Source: Marsupella aquatica
Taxonomy: Eukaryota > Plantae > Marchantiophyta
Length of the DNA: 64,000 nucleotides
Assembly (NCBI GenBank): GCA_973895155.1
Contig: OZ316895.1
Span: forward strand, 1,362,435-1,426,434
Direction of reading: 5' to 3'
The first letter of the stretch is position 1; each line of letters opens with the position of its first letter. The translations under genes were made by a program, and so were the position numbers. Below the pieces are notes generated by a model. It did no database searches. It was not told the DNA's origin and saw only the letters and a list, made by a program, of their open reading frames with translations. This document shows positions 26,512-36,372 of this stretch, piece by piece.

Positions 26512-27180
26512 GCCTACGCCTGAGACAGATAGTACAATTTAGTAGAGTGCACAGACAATACAATTTAGTGCAGTGTACAAAAAGTACAATGTAGCATATA
26601 GACTAGAGTGGCAATTGCTACTGCAATGAAATGTTCACACACATGTGCAGAGTAGACATACTTTTTGGTTTATTGAGCCCACACTAAAAACTGATCCCCT
26701 CGTACAATAGCTCCACCTACACCTCAATTTTGTGGCTATGATTCACCAAAGGAGATCTGCAACAAGATTTAATGCATTTGAATCACATATAACAGTCGTG
26801 ACATGTAAAACAGGCATTTTTTGAACAGGATTGGTATCAAGCAGTGTGATCAGGGTTGTAATTTATACATCCTAAATAGGCTATGATAGTGAATGAGACA
26901 AATAAGTTAGGCATAAATCACTTTTTCCAGGTTATCACATGGCCCATTAATTCCAGTCTTTGAAAGGAGACTTTTAAGTGAGCTTGCTAGCCTCTTAAAT
27001 TAGGATATTGTACTTAGTGCAGCCATAATAGGATAAGTTATGTACTGTTGACCGTAAACCCTGGACCCAAAATTGCTCATAATTCAAAATCTTAAGTAAA
27101 TATCCTCTCTGTTCAAGTCAAAGTGTTAAGTTATAGGTCAATGGTCTCTGGTCTGTGCATGCGGTGTGACAAGTGGTCTT

Positions 27181-27753
27181 CTACAGCGTGTGATCCAAAC
27201 ATGTGTAGACACCAAAGTGACCGGTGGTGGGGTCTGGGAGGGCAGGACAAGTGACATCGCCAGGCACACTGCAGGATGGCGAGTGGTTCCAGATGATACA
27301 TTGTGCTCTGTGAAAAAACCGACATCCAAGAGAACGGTCATCCAACTCTAGGCCAGAAGCCCTACAGGCAGGACAGTCATACTGGCAACTGTGCACACAC
27401 CCTTGGGCCCTAATTTGTGGCGGGTCATGTACGAGAGACAAAAATACCAAGGATGTTGGGAAGGGTGGAGAAGCAGGTACAGGGCGGCTGTAGTTATTCT
27501 TGGCAACAACTGGGTACTCAAAGTACCATGCAGACTGGGCTGGAAGGATCCCAAGTCTGACATACTCAAGGCGCAACATCTCTGCCTTGCGTGCAAGCCG
27601 CACATGTTCAGCATTGCGGGTCCTCACCATAAGTGTTGCTTTTGTGGAGTGTCGTGTGTTCACGTCCTCTGATAAGCACCTTCGATCAGCAAGGTGAGCA
27701 GGAGCTGTACTTGCCTCACCAACAGCAACCAACCTTAAATTATCAGTTCCCAC
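27181..27753 (-). CDS. Cys/His-rich hypothetical protein inside the CACTA element, possibly a spliced cargo gene
   Basis: 190-codon open frame co-oriented with the other cargo genes; CVHSCQYDCPAC...CRFFHRAQC...C...C...C; candidate acceptor near 27780 and donor near 27865. No family recognised. Confidence 0.35.
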   Translation of the reverse strand: MGTDNLRLVAVGEASTAPAHLADRRCLSEDVNTRHSTKATLMVRTRNAEHVRLARKAEMLRLEYVRLGILPAQSAWYFEYPVVAKNNYSRPVPASPPFPTSLVFLSLVHDPPQIRAQGCVHSCQYDCPACRASGLELDDRSLGCRFFHRAQCIIWNHSPSCSVPGDVTCPALPDPTTGHFGVYTCLDHTL

Positions 27754-29171
27754 TCACTGTGTCATTCCATTGGTTCCAGCTAGGGGTCACAATGTAAACA
27801 TAGCATGAAACACTCCTAATCAACTTGCTTACAAACTACAATATCCAGAAAGAGTGAAAGTCTCACCCTCCAGTGAGCAGCAGAGAGGTAGTTCACTGGA
27901 TGTGTTGATGTGCAGTTAAACCTCCACTATTGCTTACTTCCGGTGTATGCTGCTCAGTCGGAGACATATTAGTAGCAGCAAATTGCAAATAATGGCCATA
28001 AGCAAACCGTGAGAGTTTGCAGAATGCTACGACAACTATTCATCCATCACAACAGTGCTCCACAGGAATGAAACCAAGCAAAATTTGGTGACCTCGGCCA
28101 ATGACAAGGCCAATGTAGTTCACAATCCTTGACCGATCAGGATATGGATTGGAATTACAATTAGTCAGCTCTTCTTCTTCTTTGTTTTCTAACTCTGGGG
28201 CAAATGAGCATGACCAGGGAATTCTCTGAGAAATAGAAGTGCACAGGGAAAATGAAATTGGCTCATTGAGTTGCGCAAGACCGCCCACTGCAGCATAAAC
28301 AAACTCATGAAGTGGCAGAAAGGATAGCGTCGCCACAAGCGCAAAATCCCGACAGGTTTAAGCTGCAAAAAACTAACCCATCCAAATGTGATTGCAATGG
28401 TGTTGAGGTCGTCTATTCACCACCCCACTCCACCGTGGGAGCATTGGGCACAAGGCATGTTCGGATCCAGGGAGGAGCAAAATAGTCATGTGAAGCAACA
28501 AGTGTGGAGAGACCAATAAGTAAACAAAAATAGGGAAGAACAATGCGGTGATCTTGAGCAGCAGGAAACAAGGAAGTTGATTTGGGAGGGATTGTAGGGA
28601 CAGAGCTTTTGGTGGGCTTGGCTGCGCGTTCATATCGGAAGATAGATGCGAGAGAGTGTGAAGAGGGTGGCAACCAACAAAGGCAGTGGCAAGCAAGCAA
28701 GCAATACACGATGATAGCGGCAATCGGCAATGGCGGTGGGAGGCAGCAATAGGCTACATGACTATTCAGTACCAATCCGCAGCTCGTCCGATGAGAATGA
28801 GTGACATGAGGAAAATGCCAACACACTGACCCACTACCAAGAAGAACGAAAACCAATCTCAACCACCCTCTATCATCAATGACAGGACATATATTCAAAA
28901 ATCCAAGCTGCAATTGACGGAAACAATAACATAAACAGAATTCTGAACATAAACTGCTCATGAAGCTTTCGGGATCATATATTCCAAGAGCAAATGTGAA
29001 CATGCCAATATATGAAAGCTCTGGCATATAGGGCATTGCATTCCATAGAGACGTCTGCACCAAAGAGCTTGGAAGCAATTGCCTATCTGCTGGAAGCAGG
29101 AAACATATATGTAAATCCCAAGCCCATACTACATTGGAGATGATCAGCTCACTCAGACAGACATTGCATTT

Positions 29172-29319
29172 TGATTAACCAAATGTAGCAGGCTAGCAGA
29201 GGGACGAAGGATAGGGCCAACACTAATGCACAGCAGTGAACAACTATGATTAACCAAATGTCAGTAGCAGGCCAGCAGAGGGACGGAGGATAGGGCCAAC
29301 ACTAATGCGCAGCTGTGAA
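29172..29319. repeat. ~75-bp tandem duplication inside the CACTA element
   Basis: TGATTAACCAAATGT...GCAGAGGGACG.AGGATAGGGCCAACACTAATGC at 29172 and 29247. Confidence 0.8.
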
Positions 29320-31569
29320 AGACTGACAAATAGAAAGCAAACGAGAGCTTCAAATATAGAACATCAAACCTTCAGCAGCGGTCAATGGGCTTTGATTTAC
29401 AGGTCGCCTGGCTTGGTCCCTTGTCGCAGCTCGCCCAGCTCCACAACACCGTAGACAAGGAGTTGGCTGGTCCAATTTCCACCATGCAGCGTTAGCAAAA
29501 CTGCAATGCTTGATCTTCGCCCTCCGCCCTTTGCCCGAACCCCAAAATAGACCTCAAAGTAGAAAGCCAGCAAAGGGTTGAGCAGAAATCCCTAGAAAAT
29601 CCCGCCTCTAAAGTCCATTGCTCGTGGTTACAAATGATGGCAACGGAACATTCGGGCAACCCAACAGTTGAACTGACCTCAATCACACCTGCACCTGGTT
29701 GGCAGCTCCGCAGACACTAATTGTAGCTCTAGTTGAAGACATCATTTGAACAGCAAATCAGTCACAGCTCATGAATCCGTTCAGACTAGCATCATGGGTA
29801 CTACGTCGGAGCACTGCGCAAGAAGCCAGGAAAAAACTGCAAACATGGGGACCCACAGGCAAGAAATCTGGACCTCCGACACAATCTGGAAATCCTTTCG
29901 CAAACAACTGGCCCTCTCCTCAACAACTTGCGATGGTAGTAGCTCGCAATGGTAGCAGCTCGCGATAGTAGCTCCCTTCAACAAGCTTGGTAGTGCGATA
30001 GGAGCAACAACTTACAGAGAAGACAATGACCTCCCCTATGAGACTGATTGAAAGACCTCAATACAATTACTGAAGTAGGGATACAGAACGGGGAGAAGCC
30101 TTTCGCAGTTTGGGACGGCGAGAAGTGTGAACACTTAGGGCAGGGCCCGCAGGAAGGTCACTCAGTCCGAATGAGCCACAAGCTTATCGCCCAAAACCAC
30201 GCAAACCTGAAGTTGAAATTAGCACTATGAGGTAGCAAGCTACAAAATAGCATTTCCCACATTCTTAATGCATGGCATCGGAGCTCATTCCGCCTAGAAA
30301 ACCAAAGCCACTACCAAAACTAACTTGCAAATGGAAGTTTGGACTAACCAGGGTGATTCAGGGCAGTTCAATGTCACTATGGCAGGTGCATTGCTGCTCG
30401 TAGCTGCAATGTACCTTAGCGCTCCCGGTCCCTCCACGGCTGCAACTTCCCAAGACCGGTCGGTCCTAGCCAGTCAGTCTTCTCTGAATCTTGGTGCGCC
30501 CACGTTGTCTCAATCCGAAGCTGTCAGCTCTCAGGCAGGAGACAAATCTCCGCTTGCCTTCGCGCCAAAAGCTGTCACTGGCCTCAAGAGCCTCTAAGGC
30601 AATGTCCGCAACGCCTCAATGTCTCCAACACCTCAATGTCCTTACCATCAAGCGCTTCTCAGGGATGCCTCAATGTCCTTACCACCTCACGACTGTCAAG
30701 GTCCCAAACCAGCGCAAACAACTTGCTGAACTCCTTTGTCCAAACAATTGTAAGGGGCATGCAGGTAGAACTGTCAAAAGCGCTCGCAGGAGTGGATGGC
30801 AACAATTGACTACAATCGCCTCCCAGCTTCCCTCGCAAAATGTTAACCCTAAACCCTACTCGTATGCTCCACTCATAGAAGCAAAGCACAATGTTCTGTC
30901 GCACAATGGGGCCCGAACACATGGGCGCAAGTACTCGATAGTTCCCTTCACAAAAACCCAATAATCACCTGATGACCAAAGCACACTCACCCTAACCCAA
31001 TACTTAGTGCAAGCAGTCATGTAAGCTTGTTTCCGTTGAGGTGACCCGTTGAGCATAATAAGTACGTTTGCGCCAGAGTGTTAGGCAACACACAAAACTA
31101 AAGAGGGTTAAGGATAACTTTAAATAAATCCCTTTGGTGACAAAGTCATGGCCACTTAATTAGTTGTGGGCCCCCCTAACCCTCCCCCCCCCCTTGTGGA
31201 ATTAATCTTGGATCAAAAGGCACCATCATTTACACTCAAATCAATCAAGTTGTGGACTGTTCATTGTGTCAATTAGTGCCCATGACCCTGTCAAAACAAC
31301 ACTAGTTGGCAATGCGGAATATATCATGGTGTGGGAGTTGTACCTAGCTAGGGTTATAGTGATGCATTAGTTCCGATTCCGGTTAGAAACCACCCTAAGC
31401 CCTCTAGTACAATTGTACCCTAAGTTATGAAAAGTACCCGTTACATGGATATTTACGATGCAATGTTAGTTAAGGTTGGTGATATATAGAAGGCATGTCC
31501 TTAAGCACTTAGACCCAAAAGTAGCATGTCGCCCGGTCCTTCTTAAGTATACTCTTATCATGAACCCTT

Positions 31570-31834
31570 GTAAGACTTTGTATTAAACTAGTCTTTGTGT
31601 GGACCTTTAGAGTGATTCCAAGAACAAAACCCATGATGTCCTAGAGTGTTCACCCTTCACAAAGTAGCAAGGTTACTTTTCATAGTCTTTAACTAAACCG
31701 GAAAACACTCAAAGTCTTTTATAGTCTTTAACAAAACCTTGGCAATGGGTGCAAGTCATTTAAAGTATGGAAGAAGGACTTAGTGGGCTTAGTCCTATAA
31801 GGTATGGTCTAAATTACCCCGGTTTCTACTAGTA
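31570..31834. repeat. Right subterminal repeats and putative TIR of the CACTA element
   Basis: AGTCTTT/AAGACT/AGTCCTATAA motifs followed by CCGGTTTCTACTAGTA. Confidence 0.65.
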
Positions 31835-31921
31835 GAAAATTACTACTAAGTAGATCCTTAGGTTATTAGAGTCATTCTCTATTCATCTGGCAATATTTCC
31901 TTACAAATTATGTGTGCTCTA

Positions 31922-32296
31922 TGTTAGGTATTTACTTTTTTAGGTCTAGGGTTACAACATGTAACCCTAGTAAGTTAGGCTACCATAATCGGAGACGTGG
32001 TTAGGTTAACTAAGTTGCACACTATATCCTAAGCGGTGTTTGCTTGGATAAGTGGAACTAAGGCTCATTGTTACAAAGTCACTTGAGAGATAATGAGAGC
32101 TTACACTGTGGAGACTAGGTATGGCCGACGAGCTTAGAGTTCAATAAAACTTTCTTGTGTGTTTTCGTGCCTGGATGCAACCTCGAGGAGGTGAACCACA
32201 TATCTCTTGTATCGACCACTTGTGCATTGGATGTGTCATGTGCTTACCATTGTGAATGTCGTCTACTCAATGCTCTAATGTCGTCTATGCTCAACG
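31922..32296 (+). mobile_element. Solo LTR of the same Copia LTR family
   Basis: TGTTAGG...ATGCTCAACG (CA changed to CG); TSD CTCTA (31917-31921/32297-32301); collinear with 14081-14425; short duplication of the 3' end. Confidence 0.85.
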
Positions 32297-32668
32297 CTCT
32301 AAACATTATAACCTGCAATCTTATAATTTGTTTAAGAAATATCATTCTAACAGAAAGCCACCTTAGCCACTTGATTATGGTGACCATTTTTCCTAGCAAT
32401 GAGATGGGCCTAACCATGTCTTTGTGCACCTTTTTCATGTCAACATGTCACTCTCCTTGCAGCTTGCACATTCCTAGGCACCCTCCTTGAAATTCCAGTT
32501 GCATTGTTTACTTGCCAACTGCCGACAACATCCTATTGCCTACCATCTCACTTGTACTCGATAACACTTATGCTCGACATCATAACACTAATAGACATTG
32601 GACAGTGATAAACAATATTAAGAACTACACTTATTATGAACAACTAGCTCAATCCCCGTGTGTTGCAC

Positions 32669-32822
32669 AAAAGAAGTTGTGTCGGCCAAGAGGTCGTGGA
32701 GAAAAAAAGATCTCGTGTCAGCCAAGAGGTGGTTGAGAAAAAAAGATGTCGTTTCGACCAAGAGGTCGTTGAAAAAAAAAGATGTTGTGTCGGCCAAGAG
32801 GTCGTTCAGAGAAAATATGTCG
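32669..32822. repeat. 36-bp minisatellite (~4.3 copies)
   Basis: CCAAGAGG anchors at 32686, 32722, 32758 and 32794; unit ~GTGTCGGCCAAGAGGTCGTTGAGAAAAAAAGATGTC. Confidence 0.85.
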
Positions 32823-34073
32823 CCGTCAGTGACTGTAGGGCCGAGGCAAGTCGGGTGTCAAGAGGGGCAGAGGTTTGGTCCAGGCGTCCCAATTTAGAAG
32901 TTGGGAGTCGACCGTTTTGAGTCTGATGAGGCCGGGCAAGGATAGGTCCGGCACGGCGAGTCCAGGCAAGGATGCAGCCTTTGTTGTTGGTTGTCGGCCC
33001 CTCCAAAAGCCAGGCACAATGCGAGGGAAATTAGCGAGGGCAATCCGTGAGCGAGGGCAGTTGGTCGCCAGGCAGGTATAGTCGGTCACGATGGGAGGGC
33101 AGTAGGTCCGCGGACAATAGTGGGAGGAGCAAGGCAAGTCCCACCTCGCGAGTCGGGTCAAGGGAGTGGCGAGGCGAGAGGCCAGGGAGTGGCGAGGTGA
33201 GAGGCCAGGGAGTGGCAAGGTGCAAGTAGGGCCGAGGAAGGCACAGGAGGCGAGTTGCAACCCGAGGGAGGGATGCGAGGTGCCACTTGCGAGGCAAGGC
33301 ACCATGGGAGGCGGTGGAGGAAGTCGAGTGGCCGAGGGAGGGAGGGAGTTGGGAGCGAGGAGGAGGGAATTGCGGGAGCGAGGGGGAGGCCGGGACTTGG
33401 TCGCGGCGCGGTAGCCGAGGAGGGTCACGATCGGTAGTCGAGTTGTGGCCCAGCATTATGAGGCAACGTTTGCAGGAGCCGAGGAAGGCATAGTGGGAGC
33501 GGAGCCTCTTTGCTCCTATTGCTTCCTGTTTGTCCGGTTTTGGATTTTCACACCCTAAAATCCAAGCTAAATTCGACGACCCTAAACAGTGTATTATAGT
33601 TTCTAATAGTAATACTAATATATGACACTATGAGTTGGGGGCATTGGGCTTCTCATTGATGATAAAATAAAGAGGCAGATTAACTAAGTAATTCACTATT
33701 TGTGTGACATACACCATATCTTTTTCCCCACTCACAAAATCAAAAGGGTATCTCCAACATTACTGGGTTGTGAAGTTACTTCATGGGTTCAGTCAGGAAA
33801 ACTCACCAACTCCTGAGGTATTGTGTGAAGCAGGTACTAGACAGGATATTTTGCCAGCAAGGAAAGCATTGCTAGGGGGTCACAGGAGTAGTTCTTAATG
33901 CTTGTTGATGTTTGCTAACTTCTGTATTTCTAGTGCTTTTCTAAGGCTTCATATGGCTAGCCAGTTAGCTTGCCAAAAGAGAAATCCCCCCCAAAATCAT
34001 ATGTACTACTAAATTGTGATCCAAACCTACAATGTAGGGCTACTGTCTAGCATGAAGCCTGTAGACCGTGACT

Positions 34074-34203
34074 CTGGGGGTGTAACCAAAAATTGGGGTG
34101 GGGTGGGGTGGAAAATTACAAGGGGCAGTGGGGTGAGTATCTGGGGGTGTAACCAAAAATTGGGGTGGGGTGGAAAATTACAAGGGGCAGTGGGGTGAGT
34201 ATC
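34074..34203. repeat. G-rich ~65-bp tandem duplication
   Basis: CTGGGGG.TGTAACCAAAAATT(GGGGT)nGGAAAATTACAAGGGGCAGTGGGGTGAGTAT x2. Confidence 0.85.
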
Positions 34204-34638
34204 CGCAGTCACTAAAGATTGAATGCAATAAACTAGATGAATGGAATGCAAGTCGTTGAAGGGGAAACCAATTGGTATTACCATTCAAACCAGGACAATG
34301 AGGAGTAACCGTGCTAAGGAGCTGGCGATGGAGCTGGCAACCTGAGAGTGCATGGGAGATGTGCTTTTTTGTCCTCACCTCTAATCAGTTTCAAAGAACT
34401 GGATATTCTGGCCAGTGACAGATATTTCAATATAGCATGTTTGTCCCCGAACATGTCTCAATTTTTTTGTCTTGTAGTGATATGTAATTTATCTAATTTT
34501 ATTTATGATAAAAGAAGAGAGCAGATGTAAAGAACATACCAAGAAAATAATATATCTGAATTAAGAGTGAGTGAGATAATACACATGCAAAAATAAGCAC
34601 ATAATGACCAGGAAAGTTGTGCATATAACTATATAAGG

Positions 34639-34970
34639 TGTTGAACTAAGACGTCATTTGCAACGACCATACAACCATGATTCATTCCATGCACACATAG
34701 TCGACACAATCTCTACGTGGTTCACCTTTTCTCCAAGGCTACATCCACACGAACACTCAAGCTTTACTTCAAGAGTAGACGAACACACATGCTCTCTCTC
34801 TTCCTCCTGTTGCTCTGTTACAATGAGTAAGCACCACACACCAGCGGCTTACACTAGCCCTGGTATATACAAGGTCACACACGACTAACCTAACCTCAGC
34901 TAAGATCCTAACTGTGGTTAGCCTAAGTGTCGTAACCTATGAGTCACAAGACTAAGAGCAATCCTTAACA
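34639..34970 (-). mobile_element. Solo LTR, diverged member of the same family
   Basis: TGTTGAA...CTTAACA; TSD TAAGG (34634-34638/34971-34975); shares TACGTGGTTCACCT and ATGAGTCACAAGACTA.GAGCAAT with the 42330 LTR. Confidence 0.85.
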
Positions 34971-35586
34971 TAAGGTACAAAATTTCACTTACTTCTAGGT
35001 AAAACAGTCAACTCAATTAAAAACATAGATTTTGTAAAGGAAACCATTAGGGGAACTTAGTACATCACATGTGCACATTGTTCAAATAATTTCTCTCACT
35101 CTCATGAGAAAAGATAGAATTAACTAAGAGGGATTGAAAAGGAAAATTTAAACATTGACGAGGGGAGCCAAAATAAATTCAAAATACTCTAAGTCAACTA
35201 AAATTAAAAGGGGTCCAAAATTTAATGAAAATCTAATTACTACAAATGATTCATCTTGTTAAGGCACATTAAAATCTAAATACTGGACCCAAAATATGCA
35301 TAAGGTAAAACATGAAAGTTGGATTCACCATATAGCAATATTAGTGTCAAAATTTATTTCAAATAAGGTATTGGTTAGCTAGGGACTAAGTTTGTTAGGG
35401 AAGTGGTGTATGTTTAGGGTTTTTCTTCTATTTAGGAAAGAACACGGTGCTGTGATGTATTTTAAAAGAGGGTGTTGGGATGAATTTATTACTCTTTGAT
35501 CACACTCTACAGTACAACTCCACACACCAGCTTATTTTTTAAGTGCAAATTTTGCCAAATTCCACCTCCCCCCGAAATGGTCACCA

Positions 35587-35692
35587 TTTTTGGCTAATAT
35601 GCGCTAGAATTTCTTAACATCATTTGCCACTTTTCAACCACTTTTGGCTAATATGCGCTAGAATTTTTTAACACCATTCGCCACTTTTTCAC
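35587..35692. repeat. ~55-bp tandem duplication upstream of the DUF212 gene
   Basis: TTTTGGCTAATATGCGCTAGAATTT.TTAACA.CATT.GCCACTTTT x2. Confidence 0.8.
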
Positions 35693-36372
35693 CAAATCAT
35701 GACCCCATTTGCCAGAATCTAACGGCCCTCCTTAAATGATAGACGGCACTCCTTAAATGATAGGATATCTGACGGTCATTATTTAATTCAGGAAAATCTG
35801 GTTGAGAAGATTCCTAGAATCTACTCACTAAGAGAACATTGGCCACACTGGCTAAAAATAAAAAACCTTAAAAAATACGCTGCCACACACCCACACGAGA
35901 ATGATGCATGTTCCCCTTAGCAGCACCTGTTCATGAGAATCCGAGCTTTCAGTTCCTTCAGAGGTCCACTGAAGACCTCGTCTGCCCACGAATCATGATC
36001 CACTTGTGACAGTATCTTCTCTGCTTTTCGACACAAGACGGAGCAAAGAGAGCTGCCCACAGATTTGGTTCGACTCTGGAGGTCGTTGTCTCCTCCCTTC
36101 TGAGCCTTTTTTCGAGGAGCTCGAGTCAGTGAAGCGAGAGCGATGGATAGTTTAGGTGATGTGGACCACATCTGCTTCCGAATGTCTTCTCGTTGTCGGT
36201 GAAAGCTGCCAAGAATTACAGTGTCGGTCGATTCCGCACGTTCTGTTTGCTCAGGTGCAGACGGAGAGGGAGGCCTGTGAGGAATGCTTTGAACCTCGTG
36301 AATGATTCAACGGAAAAACTTAGCGGAAATCTACCATTGGAGTTGGTCAGCACATCCACATTCGGTACATTC

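Larger units (their letters stand above)
15521..31834 (-). mobile_element. CACTA/En-Spm DNA transposon (~16.3 kb) with cargo genes; left TIR missing
   Basis: TnpD and TnpA genes inside; AGTCNTTTA/TAAANGACT subterminal repeat arrays at both ends; right end GGTTTCTACTAGTA resembles a CACTAGTAGAAA-type TIR with a terminal C>T change. TACCGTATAGGACT (15540) mirrors AGTCCTATAAGGTA (31791). Boundaries are approximate because no TSD was found. Confidence 0.75.

Noticed and set aside
28373-29078. 221-aa and 116-aa hydrophobic ORFs inside the CACTA
   Set aside because: Composition looks like pyrimidine-rich intron or UTR sequence; no motif or clear start.
32669-32822. CRISPR-like 36-bp periodicity
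   Set aside because: The units abut with no unique spacers, there are no cas genes, and the context is eukaryotic; it is a minisatellite.
32826-33456. 200-aa and 141-aa Pro/Arg-rich ORFs
   Set aside because: They follow from GC skew and short repeats; no domain is recognisable.
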